Below, piece by piece: positions 50,882 through 61,557 of a stretch of DNA of 64,000 nucleotides. The stretch covers positions 193,136 to 257,135 of the forward strand of contig JAXLXP010000007.1 of NCBI GenBank assembly GCA_046327955.1. Reading direction: 5' to 3'. The translations under genes and the position numbers were made by a program. Within the stretch, counting starts at the first letter, position 1. Every line of letters begins with the position of its first letter. This DNA is from Candidatus Binatia bacterium. Its GTDB lineage: Bacteria > Desulfobacterota > Binatia > DP-6. Below the pieces are notes generated by a model that was given only the letters and a program-made list of their open reading frames with translations, had not been told where the DNA came from and searched no databases.

Positions 50882-53800
50882 ATGGCCTTCTTCCGCAGCG
50901 CCCGCCGGGAGCCGCCGCCCGCGGCTCCGGCCCCGCCGCCAGTGCGCGCGGCCCCGGTCGCTGCAACCCCGCCACCACAGCCCACCGCGCCGCCGATCGC
51001 CGCGCGCCTGCGCGAGATCGCCGCGACGGCGCTCGCACCCGAGGACGCGCTCGAGCCGGCGCTGCAGAGCATCGTCGAGGGTATCGGCGTCACCGCGGGC
51101 GCGGTCTGTCTCTACGACGCCCGCCGGGAGCTGCTCCGCCTCGCGGTCGAGACCGGCCTCTCCGACGACGGCTGCCGCAAGCTCCGCAACGTCCGGCGCA
51201 GCGACCCGGTGACGTGGGACATGCCCCTGCAGGGGCTCCTCAACCGTCGCGTCTACTTGATCGACAACGCCGCGCAGAACCGCTACGTCCCGCCGCTCGT
51301 CGAACAGGCCGGCTCCATGCGGACGGTGGCGTGCCTGCCGCTCCTGAGCGGTACATCGCCGCTCGGCAGCCTGATCCTCATCGCGGTGGGAGCACAGGTC
51401 ATCACCGAGCTCACACTGCGCACGCTCCAGGAGCCGCTGCGCGAGCTGGCCCAGATGATCGAGACGGTACGCCGTCGGGTCGCCGGCGAGGCCGCCCCCG
51501 CCGCTCCCCCCCCGCGCACTCCCGGCCCAGCCGGGGCCGAGCCCGCCACGAAATCGAAGTTCAACGTCCCGTTCGCGCCCCCGGCGACCAAGATCGAGGC
51601 ACCGGCCCCGACACCGACCGCCAGCCGCGTCGACGTACCGGCGACGCCGCCGCGTCCCGAGCTGATCCGGTCTCCGCTTCCCATCGGCGCCACGATACCG
51701 TCGACGGAGGCCGCCGAGCTCGCGAGCGTGAAGCAGGCACTCACTGCCGCCCAGAGTGAGCGCAACCGCCTCGCCGCCGAGCTCGACGCGGTGCGCACCG
51801 CCGGCGCGGAAAGCGTCGCGGCGGCGGAGGCACGCGTCGCGCAGCACATCGCCGCCCTCGAGGCCCTGCGCGCCGAGGTCGCAACCCAGGCCCGCGCCCA
51901 TCACCAGCAGGTCCACGCCCTCACCGCCAACCTCGAGGAGGCGGAACGAAACGCCACACGGGCGGAACACCTGCGCGCCGAGCTCGATGCCAGCCTGCAG
52001 AGCCACACGGCAGCGACGGACATGGACCTCGACCAGGCGCGCGCCGCCGCACGGACCGCCGAGGCGGCGCGCGACGCCGCCATAGCCGACGCGACGTCCG
52101 CACGCCTGGCGTTCACGGACGCGGAGGCCGACCGCGCCCACCAGCGCGCCGAAGTGGCCCGCCTGACGAGCGACGTCGAGCGGACCACCGCCGAGGCACG
52201 CGCGGCCATCGGCGACCGTGACCGACTCGAGGCCCAACTGCGCGACGTCAGCGCCCGTACCGAGGCGACCGCCGCCGCACACGCAGGCCGCGAGCACGAG
52301 CTCACCGCCGAGGTCGAGCGGCTCCGGGTGCACCTGGCCGAGGCCGAGAGCCTCGTCGAACGCGAGCGCGCGCAGCGGGAGGCGCTCGAGGCGGCCAGCC
52401 TGGAGAGCGCGCCCGAGCTGCAGGCGGCCGTCCATGCCGCGCAGCAGGCGGCGCGCAACGCCGAAGAGGCGCGCGCCGCCGCCACGGCCGAGGCCGCGGC
52501 GGCCCAGAGCACACTCGCCGAGCGCGACGCACAGCTCGCCGAGCTCGCCGCCGCGCTCGAGCAGGCCCGCACCACGGTCGCGACGCTCGAGGTCGCGACG
52601 CGCGAGACCAGGGCCGAGCGCGAGGCGCTCGCGCACGAGCACGGTCTCACACGCGCACGCCTCGCCCAGCTCGAGACCGACGCCACGGCGCTGCACGACG
52701 AGCAGGTCTCCGCCGCCGAGCGCGAGCGCCTGCTCCACGAAGCCCTGTCCGCCGCCAACGCCGAACGGCAGCGCCTCGAGGACTCACAGGAAGAACTGCG
52801 CGCGCGCGAGCGCGACGCCGCACACCGCGCCGGCGAGGCCGAGGCCGAGCTCACCGCGCTGCGCGACGCCGCCGCCCGCTCCGCCCAGGCGCTGGACACG
52901 CTCGAAGCGCAGCACGCGGCGCTCGAGGCGCAGCACGAGGAGCTCGAAGCGGGGCACCGGAGGCTCGTCGAACGCCATCACGAGCTCGAGGCCCGCGGCA
53001 AGCGCTTCGAGGAGCAGTACCGCACGACGCAGGACCAGCTTCTCGTGCGCGAGGAGGAGCGGGACGCGTTCCAGGAGCAGGCCCGCGTGCTCAGCGAGCA
53101 GAACCGGGCCCTGGCACACCGCCTCGAGGAGCTCATCGAGGCCGAGCTCGCGCGCGAGGCGGCTTGGGGCGTCATCGAGTCGGTCACCGACGAGCTACAG
53201 GGCGAGGAGACGTCGGATATCGAGCCGGGCGACGAATCGGACGCAGGCGCGGGCGCCCCTCAGGCCGACGCGGCTGCGGCCGACGACACCTCGGCCGACG
53301 ACGCCGCCGGCACCTCCCGCGCCGCCCGCGTGCTGTCCCTCGTCCCGACACGAGACGCGAGCGTCACGACCCCCGGCACCCATGCCCGGCACGTCGAGGC
53401 CGAGCCGAAGATCCTCGTCGTGCTCGACGCGCACCTCGCATGGGAGGCGCTCGCGGTGGGCGACCGTCAGGTCGTCGTCGTGAGCCCGGAGAGCGACATC
53501 GCCGCACGGCTCGCCGAGATCGGCCCAGCGCGCCTGCTCGCGAACCTGGCCGTTCCGGGCGTTTTCGACGCGATCACCGCGCTGCGTGCCGCCGGGTCCA
53601 CGCAACGCGTCTGGGGATGCGTCGGCGCGCCGGGCACCGGCAAGGTGCTCCGCCTCGGCATGATCGAGGCGACCCCGCGGCCGCTCGACCCCGATGCCGT
53701 CCTCGGCCTCCTCGCCGGTTACGCGGCACGCGGAACGCGCGTCTTCACGGCGGGCGCCGATGCGGATGCCCTCATCAGTCTGCGGCAGGCCCTGTCGCGG

Positions 53801-54106
53801 CAGGGCATGTCGGTGTCGATCGCGTGGGACGCGAAGCAGGCCGCCGACATGCTCGGCGTCGTCCGCCCCGAGGTCGCCGTGATCGACCTCGAGCTGCCGC
53901 CCCGCGACGGCTTCGCGGTGGCCGCGCAGCTGGGCGGGCTCGATCCGCTGCCCAACCTCGTGCTGGTCACGGCCGGCGAGGACATCGCGGCCGGCTTCAC
54001 GGCCGCACTGGCCGGGCGAGCGGCCACCGGACTCGCGCGGTCGCTCGAGGCCGTCGTCATCGACGTCCTCCGCCGCAAGGAGACCCCGCCGTCGGACCGC
54101 CGGTGA
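50882..54106 (+). CDS. large signalling protein: N-terminal GAF domain, ~500-aa Ala/Glu/Arg-rich coiled coil, two C-terminal receiver(-like) domains
   Basis: 1074-aa ORF; the coiled-coil segment shows heptad-compatible periodicity; C-terminal PEVAVIDLELPPRDGF...LVLVT. Confidence 0.65.
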   Translation: MAFFRSARREPPPAAPAPPPVRAAPVAATPPPQPTAPPIAARLREIAATALAPEDALEPALQSIVEGIGVTAGAVCLYDARRELLRLAVETGLSDDGCRKLRNVRRSDPVTWDMPLQGLLNRRVYLIDNAAQNRYVPPLVEQAGSMRTVACLPLLSGTSPLGSLILIAVGAQVITELTLRTLQEPLRELAQMIETVRRRVAGEAAPAAPPPRTPGPAGAEPATKSKFNVPFAPPATKIEAPAPTPTASRVDVPATPPRPELIRSPLPIGATIPSTEAAELASVKQALTAAQSERNRLAAELDAVRTAGAESVAAAEARVAQHIAALEALRAEVATQARAHHQQVHALTANLEEAERNATRAEHLRAELDASLQSHTAATDMDLDQARAAARTAEAARDAAIADATSARLAFTDAEADRAHQRAEVARLTSDVERTTAEARAAIGDRDRLEAQLRDVSARTEATAAAHAGREHELTAEVERLRVHLAEAESLVERERAQREALEAASLESAPELQAAVHAAQQAARNAEEARAAATAEAAAAQSTLAERDAQLAELAAALEQARTTVATLEVATRETRAEREALAHEHGLTRARLAQLETDATALHDEQVSAAERERLLHEALSAANAERQRLEDSQEELRARERDAAHRAGEAEAELTALRDAAARSAQALDTLEAQHAALEAQHEELEAGHRRLVERHHELEARGKRFEEQYRTTQDQLLVREEERDAFQEQARVLSEQNRALAHRLEELIEAELAREAAWGVIESVTDELQGEETSDIEPGDESDAGAGAPQADAAAADDTSADDAAGTSRAARVLSLVPTRDASVTTPGTHARHVEAEPKILVVLDAHLAWEALAVGDRQVVVVSPESDIAARLAEIGPARLLANLAVPGVFDAITALRAAGSTQRVWGCVGAPGTGKVLRLGMIEATPRPLDPDAVLGLLAGYAARGTRVFTAGADADALISLRQALSRQGMSVSIAWDAKQAADMLGVVRPEVAVIDLELPPRDGFAVAAQLGGLDPLPNLVLVTAGEDIAAGFTAALAGRAATGLARSLEAVVIDVLRRKETPPSDRR

Positions 54107-54116
54107 GCCGGCGGCG

Positions 54117-54596
54117 CTATCGCTGCATCGCGGGATGGTAGAGCACGACCATCTCGTAGATGAGCGCCGGCTTCTCGCTCCCTGCGACGTGGACGTTGAT
54201 CTCGGTCGTGATCTGCGTCCCTTTCGGGTGCGCCTCCGCGGCCAACAGCCGCGAGCGCGCCTGGATCCTCGCGCCCGCCGGAACCGGCGCGACGAAGCGG
54301 AGCTTGTTCGCGCCGTAGTTCGTGGCGTTGCCGTAGCCAGCGATCCGCCACGTCTGCTTGGTCCGCATCGCGGGGAGGAGGCTGAGGGTGAGGAAGCCGT
54401 GCGCGATCGTCCCCTTGAAGGGACTCTCGCGCTTGGCGCGCTCGACGTCGACATGGATCCACTGGTGGTCGCCGGTCAGCTCGGCGAATCGGTCGATCAT
54501 GCCCTGGGTCACTTCGATCGGCTCGCTCCAGTCGCTGAACGCGGCGCCGACCTTGGCCTTGAGGGCAGCGATATCGTCGAAGCGGATGTCCTCCAC
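54117..54596 (-). CDS. MaoC-like (R)-specific enoyl-CoA hydratase, hotdog fold
   Basis: ...GDHQWIHVDVERAKRESPFKGTIAHGFLTLSL... Confidence 0.8.
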   Translation of the reverse strand: MEDIRFDDIAALKAKVGAAFSDWSEPIEVTQGMIDRFAELTGDHQWIHVDVERAKRESPFKGTIAHGFLTLSLLPAMRTKQTWRIAGYGNATNYGANKLRFVAPVPAGARIQARSRLLAAEAHPKGTQITTEINVHVAGSEKPALIYEMVVLYHPAMQR

Positions 54597-54671
54597 CGTC
54601 CGTTACCTCCTTGGGGTGCCCGTGGCTTAGCCCAGGTGGGCGCCGCGGCTCAAGCGTGCTAGACCCGAACC

Positions 54672-54989
54672 ATGTCGGCCGTGCCCGACCGAACCGGACC
54701 CGATCGCTGGCAGCTCCTCCGATTCCTGCTCAATCTGCCGCGGTGGCTGCGGCTCTACGCGCGCCTTCTGCGCGACCGGCGGGTGTCGCTTTGGGTGAAG
54801 GCCATGCTGGTCGGGGCGGTGGCGTACGTGGTCGTTCCCTTCGACCTCCTGCCCGACACCATCCCGCTCCTCGGCGAGGTGGACGACGTCGTCGTGCTCG
54901 CCGCGGCCGCGCACTGGTTCCTGCAATGGTGTCCACCGGACGTCGTGGCCGAGCACGTGCACGCGCTCTCCGTTCCCCGCGCGGCGTAG
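54672..54989 (+). CDS. DUF1232 (YkvA-like) membrane protein
   Basis: ...KAMLVGAVAYVVVPFDLLPDTIPLLGEVDDVVVL... Confidence 0.65.
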   Translation: MSAVPDRTGPDRWQLLRFLLNLPRWLRLYARLLRDRRVSLWVKAMLVGAVAYVVVPFDLLPDTIPLLGEVDDVVVLAAAAHWFLQWCPPDVVAEHVHALSVPRAA

Positions 54990-55036
54990 CCTCCACCGGT
55001 TGCCGCCGTCCCGCCGGGTCTGCTAGCTGGCTCGGG

Positions 55037-55843
55037 ATGCGTTGGACCGTCCTCGCCGCCGCCCTGCTCGCGCTCACCACCGCCCTCGGGATCCAGCCCG
55101 CCCGCGCGAGCATCACCATCGACCTCACGGCGGAGACGCGTGTCGACACGGTCGTGACGGTCAAGGTCTCTGCGGCAAACCACGGCACCGAGCCGGCCCA
55201 CGAGGTGCAGCCCGAGGTCCGCATCCGCGGCGAGACCCAGCAGCGCGAGCGCATCGCCATCCTCGCGCCGGGTGACACGCACGTCTGGGAGGCCTCCACC
55301 GCCGTGCCCGCCGACCCCGGCTTCTTCCCGATCGAGGTGTTGGTCCGATACGCCGACGCGAACGCCTACCCGCTCTCTGCCCTGCTCGTGCAGGTGGCTC
55401 GCACTCCCGGGGCGTCGGCGGGACCAGCCACCGTCACCGTCGGCCGCACGCAGGTGGCCACGAGCGGCGCCGTGCGCGTCACCGTGGGCAACCCCGGGCC
55501 CCGGCCGCTCGCCGGTCGGGTCAGCCTGATGCTCCCCGCCGAATTCCAGACGGCGCAGGCGAGCCAGCCCCTCGACGTCCCCGCGCAGGGCACGGCGGCC
55601 ATCTCCGTGCCGATCGAGAACGCCGGGGCGCTCCCGGGCAGCACCTACCCGACGTACGCCGTCTTCGAGTACGAGGCGGGGGACTTCCACCAGGCGGCCG
55701 TCGGATCGGTCGGCGTCGAGGTGGTCGCCACCTCGACGACAAGGCTCCCGCTGGTCGTCGGCGCCATCGCCCTCGTCGTCGCGCTCGCCGCCCTCGGTGC
55801 CACCTTGCTCCTCGTGCGCCGCGGCCGGGCGATTTCCTCCTAG
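55037..55843 (+). CDS. hypothetical secreted/C-terminally anchored protein
   Basis: Signal peptide MRWTVLAAALLALTTALG; C-terminal TM segment. Confidence 0.5.
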   Translation: MRWTVLAAALLALTTALGIQPARASITIDLTAETRVDTVVTVKVSAANHGTEPAHEVQPEVRIRGETQQRERIAILAPGDTHVWEASTAVPADPGFFPIEVLVRYADANAYPLSALLVQVARTPGASAGPATVTVGRTQVATSGAVRVTVGNPGPRPLAGRVSLMLPAEFQTAQASQPLDVPAQGTAAISVPIENAGALPGSTYPTYAVFEYEAGDFHQAAVGSVGVEVVATSTTRLPLVVGAIALVVALAALGATLLLVRRGRAISS

Positions 55844-55917
55844 ACCGCCGCTCCACTGGCATGCTAGAAGCCCGACGGGTCGCCGCCCGTCGATGCGACC
55901 GCCCCGGGGGAGATAGA

Positions 55918-56187
55918 ATGGGACGAAGGCTGTTCGTCGGTAACATTCCGTACCAGACCGAGGAGGGCCAGCTGAAGACCCTTTTCGAACAGGACGGACG
56001 CGAGGTGTCCGAGGTCAAGGTCGTGATCGACCGCGAAACCGGCAGGCCGCGTGGATTCGCGTTCGTGGAGATGGCCAGCGACGACCAGGCACAGGCCGCA
56101 GTGACGGCGCTCAACGGCAAGCCGTTCGGCGGCCGGCCACTCACGGTGAGCGAGGCACGCGAGCGCGGTCCACGCCCGGGGCACTGA
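55918..56187 (+). CDS. RNA-binding protein (RRM domain)
   Basis: MGRRLFVGNIPYQTEEGQLKTLF...RGFAFVEMAS... carries RNP2/RNP1 motifs. Confidence 0.8.
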   Translation: MGRRLFVGNIPYQTEEGQLKTLFEQDGREVSEVKVVIDRETGRPRGFAFVEMASDDQAQAAVTALNGKPFGGRPLTVSEARERGPRPGH

Positions 56188-56320
56188 GCCCCCACCCGTC
56201 CCGTCCACCTGCCGCCCGCCGGCCGTGAGGCCGCGACGGGCACGCGGAAATCCTCGGCCGGCCGCGAGGCCTGCCGCCCGGCGGGTTGCGGCCTGCACGC
56301 CCCCCCGCTAAGGACGCGCC

Positions 56321-57001
56321 ATGATCGCCCTCGTCCCGCTCCTCCTCCTGGCGCTGCTTCCAACGGCCTCCGTCGCCAGCGCCACCGCCTGGCAGGACGC
56401 GGCAGGGCGAATCGGCGAGATCGTCACCGTCGAGGGGGACGTCGCCCAGGCGGTCACCAGCGGCAGCACCTGCACGCTCGAGTTCGTACCGGCCGGCGAG
56501 CTCCACTTCCACGCGGTGCTCCTGGTACCCCTCATCTCCGACCTGCCTCGCGCGCCCGATCGCCTGTACCGTGGTCGCCGCGTGCGCGTGACGGGGAAGC
56601 TCAAACGCTTCCACGACCAGCTCGAGATCGTGCTCACCGACCCCGGGCTGCTCGAGGTCGTCGACGTCGTAGCCGTTTCGCCACCGACACCCGAACCCGT
56701 GCCACCACCGACACCGGCCCCGCTCGCCACCGTTCCGGTCGAGCCCGGGGTCGAGCCCGAAGCGCCCCCGGCCCCTCGCGGTCTCATCGAGGCGGTCGCC
56801 CCGCAACTCGCGCAGGACCCCTGCGACCGGGCGCGGACGCGCTGGCGGGACGCCGCCGCGGCGGCGCGCACCCGCAGCGAGGCCTTCTCCCGCTGTCTGG
56901 CGGCCGGCGGCTACCGCTGCCGCGCGGAGAGCGCCGGCCTGGCCCCCGCGCTCAGCGCGCTCGAGTGGGCCGAGCAGCAGCTCGACGACGCCTGCCCCTG
57001 A
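56321..57001 (+). CDS. hypothetical secreted protein with Pro-rich linker
   Basis: Signal peptide MIALVPLLLLALLPTASVASA. Confidence 0.5.
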   Translation: MIALVPLLLLALLPTASVASATAWQDAAGRIGEIVTVEGDVAQAVTSGSTCTLEFVPAGELHFHAVLLVPLISDLPRAPDRLYRGRRVRVTGKLKRFHDQLEIVLTDPGLLEVVDVVAVSPPTPEPVPPPTPAPLATVPVEPGVEPEAPPAPRGLIEAVAPQLAQDPCDRARTRWRDAAAAARTRSEAFSRCLAAGGYRCRAESAGLAPALSALEWAEQQLDDACP

Positions 57002-57014
57002 GAGCGCCGGTCCC

Positions 57015-57452
57015 TCAGTTGCCGCCCTCGTCGTCGGTCTCGACGAAGATGTCGATCTCGTCGTTCCCTTTGTTGCCCTTCTGATCGGTGACCGTGAGGG
57101 TGGCCGTGTACTCGCCCACCTTCTCGTAGACGTGTACCGGGTTCTGGTCGGTGCTGTTCTTCCCGTCCCCGAAGTCCCACTTGAAGGCGAACGGCCCGCC
57201 CTCCTCCTCCTCGACGGAGGCGGTGAACTGGACCTTGAGGGGCGGAGCGCCCTCGTCCGGCTCGGCCTCGGCGATCACGTCGAGCTCGTACTCGTCCTCG
57301 TCGGCCGCGGCCGGCGCGGTCGTGGGCGTCGTGGCGGGCATCGCCGCCGTCGACGGCGGCGTGCTCGTGGTCGGCGTCTTCTCGGAGCCGCCGCACCCGA
57401 CGAGCACGAGCGGCACCAGCACGAAACCACCGAGCAGCAGGAACGATCGCAT
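57015..57452 (-). CDS. PKD-domain lipoprotein
   Basis: Lipobox LVGCG; ...[38 protein letters not shown]. Confidence 0.7.
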   Translation of the reverse strand: MRSFLLLGGFVLVPLVLVGCGGSEKTPTTSTPPSTAAMPATTPTTAPAAADEDEYELDVIAEAEPDEGAPPLKVQFTASVEEEEGGPFAFKWDFGDGKNSTDQNPVHVYEKVGEYTATLTVTDQKGNKGNDEIDIFVETDDEGGN

Positions 57453-57559
57453 TCTACCCCTCCCCTTCACGGTCCGGAGTCCGAGCCGGGATAGCTACCT
57501 GAGGGGCCGGGGGAAAGGCAAGGCGGACCCCCGCCCCACCCCGGCGGGCCCGAGTGGCG

Positions 57560-58471
57560 TCAGACGTAGGCCAGCCAGGAGCGGTACCGGTCCTGGCGCC
57601 CACGGACGACCGCGAAGAAGAGCTCCTGGAGTCGGCGCGTGATCGGACCAGGGCGCCCGTCCCCGATGCGCCGGTCGTCGAGCTCGCGGATCGGCGTGAC
57701 CTCGGCCGCGGTCCCGGTGAAGAACGCCTCGTCCGCGAGGTAGACCTCGTCGCGCGTGAAACGCTCCTCGCGCACCGAGATGCCCAGATCGCCGAGCATG
57801 GTGAGCGCCGCGTCGCGCGTGATGCCGGCCAGAACCGTCGGCAAGGGCGTGGTCTTCACCACCCCGCGCGAGACGACGAAGATGTTCTCGCCGCTCGCCT
57901 CGGAGACGTAGCCATCGACGTCGAGCAACAGCGCCTCGTCGTAGCCGGCACTGCGCACCTCGCGCGAGGCGAGGATCGAGTTCACGTAATGGCCCGACGC
58001 CTTCGCCTTGGTGAGGAGCGTGTTCGGGTGAAAGCGCGTGAAGGAGCTCGTCTTCACCCGGATGCCGTTCTTCATCCCCTCGTCGCCCAGGTACGCGCCC
58101 CACGGCCACGCCGCCACGGCGACCCGCGTCGCAGGCCGTGCCGCCAATCCCATCTCCCCATCGCCCATGAAGGCGATCGGGCGGATGTAGCACTCCTTGA
58201 GCCGGTTCGCGCGGACGACCTCGCGGCACGCCGCCGTGAGCTGCGCGCGGTCGAACGGCATCGCCAGATCGAGGACGTGCGCCGACCCGAACAGCCGGTC
58301 GACGTGCTCTGGGAGCCGGAAGATGGCCGAGCGGCCGTCGTGGCACTCGTAGCAACGGATGCCCTCGAACACCCCGAGGCCGTAGTGCAGCGTGTGCGTG
58401 AGCACGTGGACCTGCGCGGCCGCCCAGGGGACGAGGCGGCCGTCGAGCCAAATCACGTCGGTCGTCTGCAT
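57560..58471 (-). CDS. ilvE: branched-chain amino acid aminotransferase
   Basis: MQTTDVIWLDGRLVPW...GLGVFEGIRCY...(fold type IV PLP). Start ATG 58471. Confidence 0.85.
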   Translation of the reverse strand: MQTTDVIWLDGRLVPWAAAQVHVLTHTLHYGLGVFEGIRCYECHDGRSAIFRLPEHVDRLFGSAHVLDLAMPFDRAQLTAACREVVRANRLKECYIRPIAFMGDGEMGLAARPATRVAVAAWPWGAYLGDEGMKNGIRVKTSSFTRFHPNTLLTKAKASGHYVNSILASREVRSAGYDEALLLDVDGYVSEASGENIFVVSRGVVKTTPLPTVLAGITRDAALTMLGDLGISVREERFTRDEVYLADEAFFTGTAAEVTPIRELDDRRIGDGRPGPITRRLQELFFAVVRGRQDRYRSWLAYV

Positions 58472-58536
58472 GCGCGGTGTCAGGTAGCCCGAAGGCCCGA
58501 CCCACGCAAACCGGCGCGCACCGGCGCACCCGGCGA

Positions 58537-61500
58537 TCAGGAGCCGGTCGTGAGCTGCCCGACGAGCCGGTCGAACGTCGCCCGGATCGCCTCGCCGACC
58601 GCGACGTGCTCGACACGCAGCCGCTCGGCGGCGTCCGGCCCGGCGTAGCCGAGGCGGTGCGCGAGAGCGCCGAGCGTCTCGGGCGCGGTGTCCAGGTACT
58701 CGGCTGGCTGGTCCTGCTCGATCCGCAGCCGATTCTCGAGGGCGCGCAGGAACCCGTAGCCGTCGGCGAGCGTCCGCGCGTCGTCCGGCCCGAGGACCCC
58801 CGCCTCCGCCAGGGCCGCGATCGCCGCCGTGGTTTCGCGCGCCCGCACCGCCGCAATCGTCCCGCCATGTCGGAGCTGCAGCATCTGCACCACGAACTCG
58901 ACGTCGACGAGCCCACCGCGTCCGGTCTTGATGTTCACCCGCGCGTCGGCCGGCCCACCCCGCTCCAGCTCGATGCGCTCGCGCATCCGCGCGATCTCCG
59001 CCGCCTCGGCCGGGCTGAGCCCCGGCCCGTAGACGAAGCGCGCGATCGCATCGTCGACTGCCGCGCGCAGCGCCGGCGGCCCCGAGACCACCCGCGCCTT
59101 GATCAGCGCCTGCCGCTCCCAGATGGCCGCGCCCTCCTGGTGGTAGGCGACGAAGGACTCGAGCGACGACACGAGCGGCCCTTGGTTGCCCGACGGCCGC
59201 AGGCGCGTGTCGATCTTGTAGGCGATGCCCTCGCGCGTCGGCGTCTGCAGCGCGCTGATCGTCCGCTGCGCCACGCGCGTGAAGAAGGCGTGCGGGTCGG
59301 CGCGGGCGCTCCACCATCCCCGCTCGCCCGGATCGTAGACGAAGATCACGTCCAGGTCCGAGTTGTAATTGAGCTCGGCGCCGCCGAGCTTCCCCATGGC
59401 CACGATGGCGAGCCCATCCACCGGCGCCTCGGGCGGGAGCCCCGTCCGCGCGAGCACTTCCTGGCGCGCGATTCCGATCGCCGCCCGCACGCACGCCTCG
59501 GCAACCGCCGTGAGCTGGCGGCCGACGGCGGCGACCGGCATCTCCGCCTCGACGTCGTGCACCCCGATGCGCAGGAACTCCTCGTGTCGGAAGCGGCGCA
59601 GGTCGTCGAGCCGCGTCTCCAGGTCGGGGGCCGCGGCCAGCCGCGCTCCGAGCTCTGCCTCGAGCTCCTCGGGCGCACGGAACACGCGCACCTGATCGGC
59701 GCGCACGAGGCTGTCGAGCAGCTCGGGGTGGCGCAGGAAGAAGCGGGAGAGGAACTCGCTGGTCGCGAACAGGCGGACGAGCAGCCGCATCACGCCCGGG
59801 TTCTCGAGCAGCAAGTGCAGGTAGCTCGTGCGGGCCCCGACCGTGCTGATGAACGTCGCGGTGTGGTGCAACGCGCGGTCGGGAGCCGCCGACCGCGCGA
59901 TCTCGCCCACCAGGTTCGGCGCGAGGCGCTCGAGGGCCTGCCGCCGGCGCGGCGACGCCGGGGCGTGCGGCGGGCCGTCGCGCAGCAGGCGAAGATCCTG
60001 GTAAGCCGCCTCGAGGTCCGCGAACCCGAGCTGCGACAAACGCCAGAGCGCCTGTTCCTCGTGCTCCAGCTCGTCGACGAGCGTGGTGAGCTCGACCTGC
60101 TCGTCGCGCCGGCGCTCCGCCTCGGCCCCGTGAAAGAGCCCATCGAAAGCCGCCCGGACGGCGCCGGTGTGCCGGGCGTGCGCCCCCCAGAACACCTCCA
60201 CCCCGTCGCCCCCACGGAACCCCATGCGGCGCGCGAGCGCCCGCTCCGCGTCCGCGTCGCTCGGGATGAGCTGCGTCTGGCGCTGCTGGACGATCTGCAG
60301 CTTGTGCTCGACGTCGCGCAGGAAGCGGTACGCGGCCGCCAAGACTTGGGCCTGTGCGGGCTCGACGTAGCCGGACTCGGCGAGGCGCGCGAGGGTGGCG
60401 AGGGTCCCGCGCTCGCGCAGGCGCGCGTCCTTGCCGGCGTGCACGAGCTGCTGCGCCTGAACGAAGAACTCGACCTCGCGAATGCCACCGCGCCCGAGCT
60501 TGACGTCACGATCCCGCGCGGTCGGACCTCGCAGCGACGCGTCGACCTTGCGCTTCATGGTCTTCAGGTCCTCGACCGTCCCGTAGTCGAGGTACCGCCG
60601 GTAGATGAACGGCTCGAGCTCCGCCAACAGGACCGTACCGAGCCCGCGATCTCCCCCGACCGGCCGCGCCTTGAGCCAGGCCGCCCGTTCCCACGTCTGC
60701 CCCCACGCCTCGAAGTACGCGAGCGCGGCCGGCAGCGACGCCGCGACCAGGCCCTGCTCCCCCGCTGGCCGCAGGCGCAGGTCGACGCGGAAGCAGAACC
60801 CCTCGGCCGTGACCTCGGCGAGCGCACGCGTCACCTCCTCGCCCAGCCGACAGCAGAACTCCCGGATCGTGCGGCCCGCGCCGTACTCGCCCTCGTGACC
60901 GTACACGTACACGAGGTCGATGTCGGAGCTGTAGTTGAGCTCCCCGCCGCCGAGCTTGCCCATGCCGAGGACCACGAAGTCGGCCGGCGCGTCGCCCCAC
61001 TCGAGCGCCAGCCGGGCACGCGTACACAGCACCGCGGTGTCGATCGCGGCCTCGGCGAGCGCGGAGAGCTCCCGCACCGTGTCGTCGACGGTGGCGAGTC
61101 CGAGGAGATCGCGCCCGCCGATGCGCACCAGCTCGCGGCGGTGATGGCGGCGGAGCTCGGCCTGCAGCTCGGCGCGGCCGAGCGGGCCCGTCACCCCGGC
61201 CGCGACGAGCGCCGCCCGCTGCGCCGCGACATCGCGCGCGCCGACCGCGAGGGCCGTCGCCAGCAGCGCAGGCCAGCTGCTCCCTTCGGCCACGAGCGCC
61301 TGGCCGAGCGTGACGCTGCCGCCGAGGATGCCGAGCAGTGGGACGATCGTCCGCGGATCGGCGGGCACCGGCGCCGCCTCGACCAGGCGACCGAGCGCGT
61401 GCACCGCCGCCGCCGGGTCGCCGGCCGTCGAGAGCCCCTCCGCGACGGTCTCCGGTGGCACGGGTGCGAGCCATGCGGCGAGCGGCTCGATGGCCGCCGC

Positions 61501-61557
61501 AACCGCCGTCGCGTCCGGCACGCCCGCGCGACCGAGCACCTCCGCCGTCACGCCCAC
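58537..61557 (-). CDS. glnE: bifunctional glutamine synthetase adenylyltransferase/adenylyl-removing enzyme
   Basis: Two nucleotidyltransferase modules (GMGKLGGGELNYSSDIDLVYVY and AMGKLGGAELNYNSDLDVIFVY). GTG start (61557 or 61551) overlaps the ppx stop. Confidence 0.85.
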   Translation of the reverse strand: MGVTAEVLGRAGVPDATAVAAAIEPLAAWLAPVPPETVAEGLSTAGDPAAAVHALGRLVEAAPVPADPRTIVPLLGILGGSVTLGQALVAEGSSWPALLATALAVGARDVAAQRAALVAAGVTGPLGRAELQAELRRHHRRELVRIGGRDLLGLATVDDTVRELSALAEAAIDTAVLCTRARLALEWGDAPADFVVLGMGKLGGGELNYSSDIDLVYVYGHEGEYGAGRTIREFCCRLGEEVTRALAEVTAEGFCFRVDLRLRPAGEQGLVAASLPAALAYFEAWGQTWERAAWLKARPVGGDRGLGTVLLAELEPFIYRRYLDYGTVEDLKTMKRKVDASLRGPTARDRDVKLGRGGIREVEFFVQAQQLVHAGKDARLRERGTLATLARLAESGYVEPAQAQVLAAAYRFLRDVEHKLQIVQQRQTQLIPSDADAERALARRMGFRGGDGVEVFWGAHARHTGAVRAAFDGLFHGAEAERRRDEQVELTTLVDELEHEEQALWRLSQLGFADLEAAYQDLRLLRDGPPHAPASPRRRQALERLAPNLVGEIARSAAPDRALHHTATFISTVGARTSYLHLLLENPGVMRLLVRLFATSEFLSRFFLRHPELLDSLVRADQVRVFRAPEELEAELGARLAAAPDLETRLDDLRRFRHEEFLRIGVHDVEAEMPVAAVGRQLTAVAEACVRAAIGIARQEVLARTGLPPEAPVDGLAIVAMGKLGGAELNYNSDLDVIFVYDPGERGWWSARADPHAFFTRVAQRTISALQTPTREGIAYKIDTRLRPSGNQGPLVSSLESFVAYHQEGAAIWERQALIKARVVSGPPALRAAVDDAIARFVYGPGLSPAEAAEIARMRERIELERGGPADARVNIKTGRGGLVDVEFVVQMLQLRHGGTIAAVRARETTAAIAALAEAGVLGPDDARTLADGYGFLRALENRLRIEQDQPAEYLDTAPETLGALAHRLGYAGPDAAERLRVEHVAVGEAIRATFDRLVGQLTTGS

